DNA from: Candidatus Coproplasma sp.
Lineage (GTDB): Bacteria; Bacillota; Clostridia; Christensenellales; Borkfalkiaceae
Assembly (NCBI GenBank): GCA_051884155.1
Contig: JBJEVB010000008.1
Location: forward strand, 5,745 to 69,744
DNA length: 64,000 nucleotides
Reading direction: 5' to 3'
The notes under the pieces are model-generated. The model saw only the letters and a list, made by a program, of their open reading frames with translations. It had not been told where the DNA came from and made no database searches. Both the position numbers and the translations under genes were made by a program. Below are positions 9,828 to 19,742 of this stretch, one piece after another. Each line of letters opens with the position of its first letter. Position 1 is the stretch's first letter.

Positions 9828-10693
9828 TATTTAAGCTGAGTAACCGTTATGCCGTCGCCGACGAAATTTTCCGCCTTGCCGTTTCTGTACGCCGTTGCGC
9901 CCACGCTTAAAAATTTAGCAAGCCCGTCCGTACTGCCGCCCTTTTGCGCCCTTTCAAGCTCGTTTACAAAACCCTGCAGACAGGAAATTAAGTTGTTGCA
10001 TTTTTTTATAAGGTTGTCAGCGTTGTCTAAATACAGCGCCGCCCACGCGTTTTCGTCCACGCCTGCAATTCTCGTCATATCCTGAAAGCTACCGCCCGTA
10101 AAGCCGAGACAGCCTTCTATCTCTTCATCGTTGACGTAGGCGTTGGATACGACGTGCGCAAGCTGTGAAGTGTATGCAATCTTTCTGTCGTGAAGCTGTG
10201 CCGAACACTCTACAAGGTACTTAAATCCCATATCCTTGACCAAAGCTTTGATAGTTTCAAGCGAATTATAATCGGTAAACCTACCGTGCGTGATAACCAT
10301 ACTCGCCCTGTCGAAAAGGTCCGCACAGGCGTTCTCTATACCCGTAACTTCCTTGCCTGCCATAGGGTGCATACCCACGTAGTTTATAGAAAGATTTGCA
10401 CTATAAACCGCGTCTTCTATCAACCTTTTAACGCCGCATATATCCGCAACGATTGCACCCTTTTTAAAGGGCGTGTTTAAAATGAAGTCCACCGTTGCCT
10501 GCGGCGGAAGAGCGACTATAACCGCGTCGTACTTTTCAAACGAGCTTGCAGCCCCGTCCACTATGTTATTTTCAAGCGCGTACTGCAAAGGTTTAGGCGA
10601 ACGGTTAAAACCTTCTACCCTGTACCCTGCCCTTTTAAGCGCCATTGCCATAGAGCCGCCGATAAGCCCTAAGCCGACGATACAAATTTCCAT
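9827..10693 (-). CDS. tyrA: Prephenate dehydrogenase
   Basis: Rossmann motif IVGLGLIGGSMA and HPMAG block. Confidence 0.85.
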   Translation of the reverse strand: MEICIVGLGLIGGSMAMALKRAGYRVEGFNRSPKPLQYALENNIVDGAASSFEKYDAVIVALPPQATVDFILNTPFKKGAIVADICGVKRLIEDAVYSANLSINYVGMHPMAGKEVTGIENACADLFDRASMVITHGRFTDYNSLETIKALVKDMGFKYLVECSAQLHDRKIAYTSQLAHVVSNAYVNDEEIEGCLGFTGGSFQDMTRIAGVDENAWAALYLDNADNLIKKCNNLISCLQGFVNELERAQKGGSTDGLAKFLSVGATAYRNGKAENFVGDGITVTQLK

Positions 10694-10740
10694 ATTGCTT
10701 TTCCTTAAAGTATAAGTCTGTCAACAAAATATACGTAGAT

Positions 10741-10769
10741 ATTATAGCACAGTATTTTATTATTTACAA
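10741..10769 (-). promoter_or_regulatory. Candidate sigma70-type promoter for the tyrA operon
   Basis: TTGTAA-17 nt-TATAAT on the - strand, about 50 nt upstream of the tyrA start. Confidence 0.45.
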
Positions 10770-10838
10770 TTAAATAAATGCAGTTAATTAATATTTAACT
10801 TTACAAGATATTATTTAGTGCGGATTACGCTTATTGTG

Positions 10839-10867
10839 TTGACTTTAGGCTGAAAATTATTTATAAT
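10839..10867 (+). promoter_or_regulatory. Candidate promoter for pgk
   Basis: TTGACT-17 nt-TATAAT, 35 nt upstream of the pgk ATG (the RBS AAGGAG lies in between). Confidence 0.65.
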
Positions 10868-10901
10868 TTTTGTTGGAATTAAATGTAAGGAGTTTCTTTA
10901 T

Positions 10902-12212
10902 ATGAACAAAAAATCGGTTAAAGACTTAAGGTGCCTTAAAGGCAAGAAAGTTTTGGTAAGATGCGACTTTAACGTACCCATGAAGGACGGCGTAATTACC
11001 GACGAAAACAGAATTATCGGCGCACTGCCCACCATTAAATATTTATTGGACAAGGGCGCAAGAGTAACCCTTTGCTCGCATATGGGCAAGCCCCATTCCA
11101 TTTTCTCTTCCGAAGTTAAGCTCAACAAGAAGGACTTGAAGAAGGTTGAAAAGGGCGAAGCTACTAAGGAAGAAATCATAACTAAGGCTTTAAAGGACGA
11201 ACCCAAAAAGCTTACCCTTGCACCAGTTGCCGCAAGACTAAACGAGCTGCTCGGCGGCAAGGTTACCTTCGCAACCGACGTAATCGGTCCCGACGCTAAG
11301 GCAAAGAGAGACGCATTAAAAGACGGCGAAGCAGTCCTTTTGGAAAACCTTCGCTTCCACTGGGAAGAAGAGAAGAAGGACGAAGCGTTCTGCAGAGAGC
11401 TTGCATACGACGCAACCATCTACGTCAACGACGCTTTCGGTACGGCGCACCGTTCTCACGCTTCCACTGCGGCAATCGTCGAATACGGCATTATCAAGAC
11501 TGCTGTTTGCGGTTTCTTAATCGAAAAGGAACTCAACGTTATGGCGGCTACGCTTGAAAACCCCGTTCGCCCCTTCGTTGCAATCTTAGGCGGCGCAAAG
11601 GTTGCCGACAAGTTAAACGTAATTTCCAACCTTTTGGAAAAGTGCGACACGCTTATTATCGGCGGCGGTATGGCTTATACCTTCTTAAAGGCTAAGGGCT
11701 ACGAAATCGGCACTTCGCTTTTAGACGAAGAGAAGATTGACTACTGCAAAGAGATGATGGCTAAGGCAGAAAAAGAAGGCAAACAGCTTCTTTTACCCAT
11801 CGACACCGTTGTAACCAAGTCCTTCCCCGACCCCATCGACGCTGAAATCGAAGTTACCACCGTTGATTCCGACAAGATTCCTGCAGATATGATGGGTATG
11901 GATATCGGCGAAAAGACCCGTCAGCTCTATGCAGACGCCATTCACTCTGCAAAATCCGTAGTTTGGAACGGACCTATGGGCGTGTTCGAGAACCCCACCC
12001 TTGCAAAGGGTACGATAGCGGTTGCTCAGGCGCTTGCAGACGTATACGGCAAGTGCACCACCATTATCGGCGGCGGCGACTCTGCTGCGGCCGTTCAACA
12101 GCTCGGCTTTGCAGATAAGATGAGCCACATTTCAACGGGCGGCGGCGCTTCGCTTGAACTTTTCGAAGGCAAAGTCCTTCCCGGTATCGCTTGCCTTAAC
12201 GACAAGAAGTAA
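10902..12212 (+). CDS. pgk: Phosphoglycerate kinase
   Basis: [18 protein letters not shown] and STGGGASLE motifs. 436 aa, with an extra Lys/Glu-rich segment. Confidence 0.95.
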   Translation: MNKKSVKDLRCLKGKKVLVRCDFNVPMKDGVITDENRIIGALPTIKYLLDKGARVTLCSHMGKPHSIFSSEVKLNKKDLKKVEKGEATKEEIITKALKDEPKKLTLAPVAARLNELLGGKVTFATDVIGPDAKAKRDALKDGEAVLLENLRFHWEEEKKDEAFCRELAYDATIYVNDAFGTAHRSHASTAAIVEYGIIKTAVCGFLIEKELNVMAATLENPVRPFVAILGGAKVADKLNVISNLLEKCDTLIIGGGMAYTFLKAKGYEIGTSLLDEEKIDYCKEMMAKAEKEGKQLLLPIDTVVTKSFPDPIDAEIEVTTVDSDKIPADMMGMDIGEKTRQLYADAIHSAKSVVWNGPMGVFENPTLAKGTIAVAQALADVYGKCTTIIGGGDSAAAVQQLGFADKMSHISTGGGASLELFEGKVLPGIACLNDKK

Positions 12213-12272
12213 TTAAAAGGTTTTATATGCAGGGGAAGCTTAACCGCTTCCCCTTACGTTTATTTTGGAAAA

Positions 12273-13172
12273 ATGAAAAAGTTAGTTAAGCACAAATTAA
12301 TTAAAGAGAAAAAGCCGAAGTCGTTTTACGCAAAACGGGTTAAACCTATGCTTTTGCTATACTGTCTATCCATAGTGGTTTTGGGTGCAATCGTGATGAT
12401 TGTTACACTTTCCGTACCGTTTGAGAAAGCTGAGCTTGCCGCAACTATAAGCGGTGTTATAGCCATTGCTCTATTTATTGCAATTTCGCTCTCGGTGGTC
12501 TTTTTCTTTACACCGCTGCTTAAAAAGGCTCAGGCGAAAAGGGATTTTGCGCTCTGCGACTTTACCCCCTATATATCCGACGGCGAAAGCGAAATTTTTA
12601 CCTGCGAATACCATATGTGCAGGTATACTATGGACGCTTCCCCGTTCGATAGCGAAGGAAGTTTAACCTTTAAAAACAATCAAGAGACTGAAGAATATAT
12701 TTCTCAACACTTCGCACAGACCCTTTTAAGCACGCGGTTATATTACAACGGAACCAACCTATCGCCCTTTTTTATACACTATTTCTTCGACGGCGACGAC
12801 GGCATCTCTTTCCGCGTGGATAAAAAGACGGACGGAAAGATAACCACGCTTGATATCTACGAAATACATACCGCCGAATTTACGGCGGACGGACTTAAGC
12901 TCGGCGAGAAGTTGATTCCCTATAATCTTATAGAAGACGCCCACGTTAAAACGGGGTTTAGTAAGGATACGGATTTTTACGCCGCTATAAGACTGTTTAT
13001 TAATCACGAAGACGGATTTCTATCCTTTCAATTCTCTTCCCGCATTGCGGAAATTATCAAGCGTTATAATATAAAGGTTTGGAACAAAGACGTATTCGAC
13101 TACGTTTTGGATAACCCTGCCCGTGCCTTTGAACAGACGGCGTTGCAGTTGTGCTTGAGAAAACTTAAATAA
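12273..13172 (+). CDS. Hypothetical membrane protein
   Basis: 299 aa with two N-terminal hydrophobic spans. Sits between pgk and tpiA. Confidence 0.55.
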   Translation: MKKLVKHKLIKEKKPKSFYAKRVKPMLLLYCLSIVVLGAIVMIVTLSVPFEKAELAATISGVIAIALFIAISLSVVFFFTPLLKKAQAKRDFALCDFTPYISDGESEIFTCEYHMCRYTMDASPFDSEGSLTFKNNQETEEYISQHFAQTLLSTRLYYNGTNLSPFFIHYFFDGDDGISFRVDKKTDGKITTLDIYEIHTAEFTADGLKLGEKLIPYNLIEDAHVKTGFSKDTDFYAAIRLFINHEDGFLSFQFSSRIAEIIKRYNIKVWNKDVFDYVLDNPARAFEQTALQLCLRKLK

Positions 13173-13249
13173 TTTGGGTTGCCATTGTTGATTTTAGTTC
13201 TAAATGGTGGTATAATATTTTGAGTAAAATGATTTTGGGAGATAATAAT

Positions 13250-13993
13250 ATGAGAAAACCTTTTATTGCAGGCAATTGGAAGATGAACATGACCGCAGAG
13301 AGCGGCGCAAAGCTTATAAAAGAGCTTGCACCCCTCGTTGCCGACGCCGATTGCGACGTGGCGTTATGCGTACCCGCAATACTCATTCCTGCCATGACCA
13401 AAGCGGCAGAAGGCACTAACATTGCCATCGGTGCAGAGAACGTTCACTGGGCTGAAAAGGGTGCGTACACGGGTGAAATTTCCTGCGAGCAATTAAAAGA
13501 GTACGGCGTTAAATACGCAATAATCGGTCACAGCGAGAGAAGGCAGTACTTCGGCGAGACGGACGAAGGCGTAAACAAGCGTACCTTAGCCGCACTTGCT
13601 AATGGCATTACCCCCATAGTATGCGTAGGCGAAACGCTTGCAGAGCGCGAAGCTAACGTTACTGAACAGGTATTAGATAAACAGCTTACGGACGGTCTTA
13701 AGGGCGTTGAAGACTTGACCAAAGTCGTAATCGCATACGAACCCGTTTGGGCTATTGGCACGGGCAAAACCGCAACCGACGAGCAGGCTCAAGAGACGAT
13801 TGCATACATACGCAAAAAGTTAGGTCAGCTGTTCTGCCCTAAGTGCGCCGAAAAGGTTATAATTCAGTACGGCGGCTCTATGAACGCAGGCAACTGCAAG
13901 GGACTTATGGCTCAGCCCGATATCGACGGCGGTTTAATCGGCGGAGCTTCGCTTAAGCTTGATTTTGCAACTATCGTAAACTACAACAAATAA
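13250..13993 (+). CDS. tpiA: Triosephosphate isomerase
   Basis: FIAGNWKMN, IIGHSERR and YEPVWAIGTG motifs. ATG 13250 has a GGGAG RBS; the ORF-track start at 13220 is probably too early. Confidence 0.95.
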   Translation: MRKPFIAGNWKMNMTAESGAKLIKELAPLVADADCDVALCVPAILIPAMTKAAEGTNIAIGAENVHWAEKGAYTGEISCEQLKEYGVKYAIIGHSERRQYFGETDEGVNKRTLAALANGITPIVCVGETLAEREANVTEQVLDKQLTDGLKGVEDLTKVVIAYEPVWAIGTGKTATDEQAQETIAYIRKKLGQLFCPKCAEKVIIQYGGSMNAGNCKGLMAQPDIDGGLIGGASLKLDFATIVNYNK

Positions 13994-14017
13994 TCGAATA
14001 TACACGAGGACAATTAA

Positions 14018-15571
14018 ATGAAGAAAACACCTTACGCACTTATTATTATGGACGGCTACGGTCTTGCCGCCGCAGGCGAAGGAAACGCCATTTCAATCGA
14101 CGGCTCTAAGAACGTTAACGAATACCTTAAAAACTACCCTTCCGCAACGCTGGGCGCAAGCGGACTTTCGGTAGGTCTCCCCGACGGGCAGATGGGCAAC
14201 AGCGAAGTCGGTCACTTGAATATGGGTGCAGGCAGAATTGTTTACCAAGATTTAACCAAGATAACTAAGGCTATCGAAGACGGTGATTTCTTTGAAAACC
14301 CCGCCCTTTTAAAGGCAATGAACAACGCCGTAAATAGCGGCAAGAAGTTGCACCTTTACGGCTTACTTTCAACGGGCGGCGTTCACAGCCATATCGGGCA
14401 CATCTACGCCCTTTTAAAGATGGCAAAGGATTGCGGCGTTAAGGAGTGCTACGTCCATTGCTTTATGGACGGCAGAGACGTTTCCCCCACTTCGGGCGCA
14501 GGCTTCATCCGCGATTTGCAGGCTGAAATGGCAAGGCTTAACTACGGCAAAATCGCGTCCGTTACGGGCAGGTACTACGCAATGGACCGCGACAACAATT
14601 GGGACAGAATAGAAAAGGCTTACGATATGCTAACTCTCGGCACGGGTACCCCCTGCACCGACCCCGCTCAAGCGGTTGAAGAGAGTTATGCAAAAGGCGT
14701 GACTGACGAATTCTTAACCCCCATTAAGGTATACGAAGACGGCAAACCCATAGGTCTTATTGAAAAGGGCGACAGCATCGTAATGTTCAACTTCCGCCCC
14801 GACAGGGCAAGGCAGATTACGAGAGCCATGTCGCAGAGAGAGTTCATCGTGCCCAAGGGCACGGCGTTTGAGAGAAAGACGGGCTTTTTGGAACCCGTTT
14901 ACGTCTGCTTTACCGTTTACGACGCAGAGTTCAAGGACGTGGATATCGCCTTCCCCAAGACGAGACTTGACAACACCTTAGGCGAATACCTTGCTAAGTG
15001 CGGCAAAAAACAGCTTAGAATTGCAGAGACCGAGAAGTATGCTCACGTAACATTCTTTTTCAACGGCGGTATCGAAGCGCCCAACGAGAACGAAGTGAGA
15101 GACCTTATCCCTTCGCCCAAAGTTGCAACCTACGATTTGAAGCCCGAGATGAGCGCATACCTTGTAACCGACAAGGTGCTTGAAGAGCTTGACACTGGCG
15201 ACTTTGACGTGATTATCTTAAACTACGCCAACTGCGATATGGTAGGTCATACGGGCGTTATTCCTGCGGCAGTCAAAGCCGTGCATACCGTTGACGAGTG
15301 CGTAAAGAAGGTTATAGACAAAATTCTTTCAATGGGCGGAAGCGTGCTGTTGACCGCAGACCACGGCAATGCAGACAAGCTACTCGCTGAAGACGGCTCT
15401 TCGTTTACTGCGCACACCACCAACCCCGTACCCGTTGCGCTTATTTCCAAAGAGTACAAAGACGTACAGCTTCGCACGGACGGCATTTTAGCCGACCTTG
15501 CCCCCACTCTTCTCACGGTTATGGGCTTACCCGTCCCCAAAGAGATGACAGGCAAGTGCTTGATTAAGTAA
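14018..15571 (+). CDS. gpmI: 2,3-bisphosphoglycerate-independent phosphoglycerate mutase
   Basis: LIIMDGYG, NSEVGHLNMGAGR and ADHGNAD motifs. Confidence 0.95.
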   Translation: MKKTPYALIIMDGYGLAAAGEGNAISIDGSKNVNEYLKNYPSATLGASGLSVGLPDGQMGNSEVGHLNMGAGRIVYQDLTKITKAIEDGDFFENPALLKAMNNAVNSGKKLHLYGLLSTGGVHSHIGHIYALLKMAKDCGVKECYVHCFMDGRDVSPTSGAGFIRDLQAEMARLNYGKIASVTGRYYAMDRDNNWDRIEKAYDMLTLGTGTPCTDPAQAVEESYAKGVTDEFLTPIKVYEDGKPIGLIEKGDSIVMFNFRPDRARQITRAMSQREFIVPKGTAFERKTGFLEPVYVCFTVYDAEFKDVDIAFPKTRLDNTLGEYLAKCGKKQLRIAETEKYAHVTFFFNGGIEAPNENEVRDLIPSPKVATYDLKPEMSAYLVTDKVLEELDTGDFDVIILNYANCDMVGHTGVIPAAVKAVHTVDECVKKVIDKILSMGGSVLLTADHGNADKLLAEDGSSFTAHTTNPVPVALISKEYKDVQLRTDGILADLAPTLLTVMGLPVPKEMTGKCLIK

Positions 15572-15665
15572 TAAAAAGACAACTCAAATTTAAAAAACAA
15601 TCTTAACGCCCGCACGAATTTAGTGCGGGCGAGCTTATAAATTATAACGGCATATAAATAATAGT

Positions 15666-16694
15666 ATGGAAGAAAATCAATTGCAACAACTAAATAACGG
15701 CGAACTATCGCCGCCCACTAAAACTAAGGCGGAAAGTTTTTTTACCAAGCCTTGGGCGGTGGCGCTGTGTGCAATTTTCTGCTGCGTACTATGGGGCAGT
15801 GCGTTCCCCTGCGTTAAGACGGGGTATATTCTGTTTGATATTAACAGGAACCACGCTCCTTCGCTTATGCTGTTTGCCGGCGTGCGGTTTACGCTTGCCG
15901 GCTTAATGGTAATTGCATTCGGCTCTATCCAAAAGAAAAAGCTTTTAACGCCTAAACCCCGTAATATGTGGCGAGTATTGGTCGTTGCGCTATTTCAAAC
16001 CTGTTTGCAGTACACCTTTTTCTATATCGGGCTTGCGCACGTTTCGGGGGTTAAATCTTCGGTTTTAAACGGGCTTGGCGTATTCTTTACAATCCTTTTT
16101 GCCTGCTTTATATTCCGCACGGAAAAATTTAACCTTATCAAGCTTTTGGGCTGTATCTTAGGGTTTAGCGGCGTGGTGCTTATAAATTTAGGCGGTGATT
16201 TTTCCTTTACCTTTTCAATTATCGGCGAAGGGTTTTTAATCTTTTCGGGGCTTTCCGCAGCGACTGCGTCTGGGTTTGTTAAAATCTTTTCCAAGCACGA
16301 GAACACGACGGCTTTATGCGGCTATCAGTTTTTAATTGGCGGCGTGGCGCTTATAATTATAGGGCTAAGCTTCGGCGGCACGATTAACCAAATTAGCGTA
16401 GGTGCGGTATTCCTTTTACTGTACCTTGCGTTCCTTTCCGCCTGTGCGTTTACCTTACAGGGGTATCTATTTAAATACAACCCCGTATCCAAAGTGGCTG
16501 TCTATAAAAGCACCAACCCCCTTTTCGGGGCGTTGTTTTCCGCAATTATCTTGGGCGAGAGCGAACAGCTTTTAAGCTGGTTCACCCTTATTGCAATCGC
16601 GCTCGTCTGTCTTGGAATTTTTATAATAAACAAATTCGGCGAAAGCAGGGCGTTATTTAAAAGGAAGCAGAACATTTCACAAAAAAATAATTAA
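15666..16694 (+). CDS. EamA/DMT family transporter
   Basis: About 10 TM spans arranged as two EamA-like halves. Confidence 0.75.
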   Translation: MEENQLQQLNNGELSPPTKTKAESFFTKPWAVALCAIFCCVLWGSAFPCVKTGYILFDINRNHAPSLMLFAGVRFTLAGLMVIAFGSIQKKKLLTPKPRNMWRVLVVALFQTCLQYTFFYIGLAHVSGVKSSVLNGLGVFFTILFACFIFRTEKFNLIKLLGCILGFSGVVLINLGGDFSFTFSIIGEGFLIFSGLSAATASGFVKIFSKHENTTALCGYQFLIGGVALIIIGLSFGGTINQISVGAVFLLLYLAFLSACAFTLQGYLFKYNPVSKVAVYKSTNPLFGALFSAIILGESEQLLSWFTLIAIALVCLGIFIINKFGESRALFKRKQNISQKNN

Positions 16695-16721
16695 ATTTTT
16701 GTTATAACGACCCGTTTTTCA

Positions 16722-16750
16722 TTGTCAAAAGTTTTCGACCGTGTTATAAT
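16722..16750 (+). promoter_or_regulatory. Candidate promoter for secG
   Basis: TTGTCA-17 nt-TATAAT with a TGn extended -10. Confidence 0.6.
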
Positions 16751-16785
16751 ACCTTTCGTAATTGTACTTATATTGAGGTTTTAAA

Positions 16786-17085
16786 ATGTTAAATCTTCTT
16801 GCAGCAAGTTTTGATACGCCCCAATGGGTTGCTTATATCGTACTTACTTCAGTAGCTATCGCACTTATGTTCATTGCGGCTCTTTCCGCAATAGTTTTAG
16901 TTCTGTTACAGCAGAGCAATTCCGAAGGTATCGACGGTATTACAGGCTCTAGCGAAACTTTCTTCGGCAAAAACAAAGGTCAGTCGATTGAAAGCAAGCT
17001 TAAAAAGTGGACCTGGATTAGCCTTGCCGTGCTTGCGGTAATTGCAATCGTGTTCTACGTAGCAAGCATTTTGCTTAACGCTTAA
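16786..17085 (+). CDS. secG: Preprotein translocase subunit SecG
   Basis: 99 aa, two TM spans flanking a Gly-rich loop (LLQQSNSEGIDGITGSS). secG-rnr-smpB synteny. Confidence 0.75.
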   Translation: MLNLLAASFDTPQWVAYIVLTSVAIALMFIAALSAIVLVLLQQSNSEGIDGITGSSETFFGKNKGQSIESKLKKWTWISLAVLAVIAIVFYVASILLNA

Positions 17086-17100
17086 TCAAAAGAAAACTGT

Positions 17101-17128
17101 AGCGGAACCTATCGGTTCCGCTTTTTTT
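17101..17128 (+). terminator. Intrinsic terminator after secG
   Basis: AGCGGAACC-TATC-GGTTCCGCT followed by T7. Confidence 0.8.
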
Positions 17129-17138
17129 GTAAGAATTT

Positions 17139-19226
17139 TTGCATACTATTATTATGGATTTAAGAAAAACTATTCTATCCGCGTTCAAGAGCGGTAAACT
17201 TGAAAACAAGACGCAAAGCGAAATAATCTCTGCCCTGCACCTTCCCCCTTCGTATAAAAAACCTGCAAAAGCGGTCATAAAGAATTTATCGAGCGAAGGG
17301 CTGATTATCAAGGTTGACGGCGGCAAATACGTTTCCCCTGAAAAAGCAGGGGCGTTTTACGCTACCGTTAAAGCCAACGCAGGCGGCTATGCCTTTTTAA
17401 TCCCCGACGGCTTCAAAGAGCGTGAGAACGACTACTTCGTCCCTGCAAAAAGGCTTAACGGCGCACTCGATAAAGACAAGGTACTCGCAATTCCTTTGGG
17501 CAAGGGCGACGAAGCTATGATTTTAAAAATTATAAGTCGCGGCAGGCAGAGTATTACGGGCAGGCTAATCTACGAGCGCGGCAACTACTTTGTCATTTCC
17601 GACGACAGGGCGTACGGCGCCAACGTGCTTATCCCCCGTTCGCTTTTGTCGGGCGCAGCCGAAGGCGACAAGGTCGTTGCGGAAATTACGGCGCACCACC
17701 AGGATTTCGTAAACGGAAAAATTATAAAGGTGTTAGGCGCGGACGGCGATTTTATGACCGAAGAAGAAGCCATTATCGCCGCAGCAGAGCTTAACACGGA
17801 ATTTCCGCCCTACGTTTTAGAGACAGCCGAAAAGGTTTCAAGCGAAAAGGTTTTGCTTGGCGATAGGGTTGATTTACGCTCGCTTTTGACCGTAACGATA
17901 GACGGCGTTGATACGAGAGATATCGACGACGCCGTATCGCTTGAAATAATAGGCGGCAAGTTGCGCTTAGGCGTGCATATCGCCGACGTCAGCCACTACG
18001 TCAAGTTCAACGGCTGTATCGACAAGGAAGCGTATGCAAGGGGTACGAGCGTATACTTCCCCGACAGGGTTTTGCCTATGCTGCCCAAGAGCCTTTCCAA
18101 CAGCGCTTGCAGTCTTAACGAAGGCAAGGACAGATATGCAATGAGCTGTTTTATGACCTTTGATGAAAACGGTAAAAAGCTTGATTACGAGATTTTTGAA
18201 AGCGTGATAAACAGCGATAAGCGCCTTACCTACGACGAAGTAACTGCCGTTGTAGAAAGGGGTGAAACGGGCATAGTTACACCCGAAATAGCCGATATGC
18301 TTAAGGCTATGGCGTCGCTTTGCTTAAAGCTTGAAGCCATAAGAGAGCGCGACGGCGAAGTGAGCTTAGACGTAAAAGAAGCCCACATATACGTCGACGA
18401 AAGCGGTGAGATAGTTATTCCCGACTGTGACAGGGCGCTATCCCACCGACTTATAGAGCAGTTTATGGTGTCCGCCAACGAGAGCGTTGCCGACTTTGCC
18501 CTAAAGAGAAAAGCTCCCTTTTTATACCGCGTACACGAAAAGCCTACGCCTGAAAAGGTCAGTCTTTTATACGGGTTTATTAAGGAGCTTGGCATAAACG
18601 CTAACGGCGAAATAGAAGACGCGACACCTAAAGACTTTCAGAAAATTTTGAACCTTGTGGAAGATAAACCCTTTGCGCCCGTCGTAAACAAGGTTATGCT
18701 GCGCTCTATGCAAAAAGCGAGATATTGCGAAGAAAACTTAGGGCACTTTGGGCTTGCAAGCAAGTGCTACTGCCACTTTACTTCGCCCATACGCCGCTAC
18801 CCCGACCTGTTCGTACACCGCGTTTTAAAAGTGCTTTTGCACGGTTGGGACGACGGAATTTTAGCTAAATACTCGGCAATTGCCCCTACGGCGGCAACCG
18901 ATACGAGCGAGAGAGAACGGCGAGCAGAGCAAGCCGAAAGGGACGTGGACGACTTGTACAAGCTTGCGTATATGCAAAAGCATATCGGCGAGCAGTTCGA
19001 CGCAGTCGTGTCGGGCGTAATCGAGAGCGGAATTTTTGCAGAGCTTGCCAACACGGTTGAAGGATTTATTCACATCGACCTACTGCCCGACGACTATTAC
19101 GAGCATTTCCCCGAAAAGTTTTTACTCAAGGGCAGAAGGCACTCCTTTAAACTTGGCGACAGCATAAAGGTTAAGGCAATAGGCTGTGATTTATGCTCTC
19201 GCCGAATACAATTTTCGTTGGTTTAA
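17139..19226 (+). CDS. rnr: Ribonuclease R
   Basis: RNB domain TIDGVDTRDIDDAVS, HFTSPIRRYPD, C-terminal S1 domain. Confidence 0.95.
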   Translation: MHTIIMDLRKTILSAFKSGKLENKTQSEIISALHLPPSYKKPAKAVIKNLSSEGLIIKVDGGKYVSPEKAGAFYATVKANAGGYAFLIPDGFKERENDYFVPAKRLNGALDKDKVLAIPLGKGDEAMILKIISRGRQSITGRLIYERGNYFVISDDRAYGANVLIPRSLLSGAAEGDKVVAEITAHHQDFVNGKIIKVLGADGDFMTEEEAIIAAAELNTEFPPYVLETAEKVSSEKVLLGDRVDLRSLLTVTIDGVDTRDIDDAVSLEIIGGKLRLGVHIADVSHYVKFNGCIDKEAYARGTSVYFPDRVLPMLPKSLSNSACSLNEGKDRYAMSCFMTFDENGKKLDYEIFESVINSDKRLTYDEVTAVVERGETGIVTPEIADMLKAMASLCLKLEAIRERDGEVSLDVKEAHIYVDESGEIVIPDCDRALSHRLIEQFMVSANESVADFALKRKAPFLYRVHEKPTPEKVSLLYGFIKELGINANGEIEDATPKDFQKILNLVEDKPFAPVVNKVMLRSMQKARYCEENLGHFGLASKCYCHFTSPIRRYPDLFVHRVLKVLLHGWDDGILAKYSAIAPTAATDTSERERRAEQAERDVDDLYKLAYMQKHIGEQFDAVVSGVIESGIFAELANTVEGFIHIDLLPDDYYEHFPEKFLLKGRRHSFKLGDSIKVKAIGCDLCSRRIQFSLV

Positions 19227-19263
19227 CTTTACAAAGACTTATAATAAAGGTATAATATAGATA

Positions 19264-19713
19264 ATGAGTAAACAAATTGCCTATAACAAATCCGCTACGT
19301 TTGAATACTTTATCGAAGAGAAATACGAAGCGGGAATAGTTTTGGAAGGTGCGGAAGTTAAGTCTCTTAGGGCTGGCAACTGCAATTTAAAGGACAGCTT
19401 CTGCTTTATCCGCGACGGTCAGGTGACCTTGAAAAATATGCATATACCCGTCTACGATAAGAGCGGTGCGTTCAACTCTAAAGATTCCAAAAGGGACAGA
19501 CGGCTTTTGTTGCATAAAGCTGAAATCGACAAAATCGTCGGTAAAATCAACCAAAAGGGTATGACTTTAGTACCCATAGCCCTGTATTTTAAGGACAACC
19601 TTATAAAAGTTGAAATTGCCCTTTGCAAAGGCAAGCAGACCTTTGACAAGAAAGAGACGATTAAAAAACGCGATTTAGAGCGTGAGACGAGAAGACAGCT
19701 TAAAGACTATTAA
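19264..19713 (+). CDS. smpB: SsrA-binding protein SmpB
   Basis: NKSATFEYFIEEKYEAGIVLEGAEVKSLR... matches SmpB along its full length. Confidence 0.95.
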   Translation: MSKQIAYNKSATFEYFIEEKYEAGIVLEGAEVKSLRAGNCNLKDSFCFIRDGQVTLKNMHIPVYDKSGAFNSKDSKRDRRLLLHKAEIDKIVGKINQKGMTLVPIALYFKDNLIKVEIALCKGKQTFDKKETIKKRDLERETRRQLKDY

Positions 19714-19742
19714 TTTTAAAATTATTTTTAAAGGATAAACGT

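Noticed and set aside
10898-11419. 173-aa - strand ORF overlapping the 5' half of pgk.
   Set aside because: It is antisense to a conserved glycolytic gene and its product is Ser-rich and low in complexity. It is a shadow ORF.
15608-15630. Hairpin GCCCGCAC-7 nt-GTGCGGGC after gpmI as an intrinsic terminator.
   Set aside because: No U-tract follows on the + strand. It may still pause or stabilise the transcript, but it is not called as a terminator.
19714-19742. Expected a SAM riboswitch or T-box ahead of metY-metA, and a tmRNA gene next to smpB.
   Set aside because: Only 29 nt separate smpB from metY, so there is no room for either. No tmRNA-like tRNA-Ala end or tag ORF is seen in any spacer of the window.
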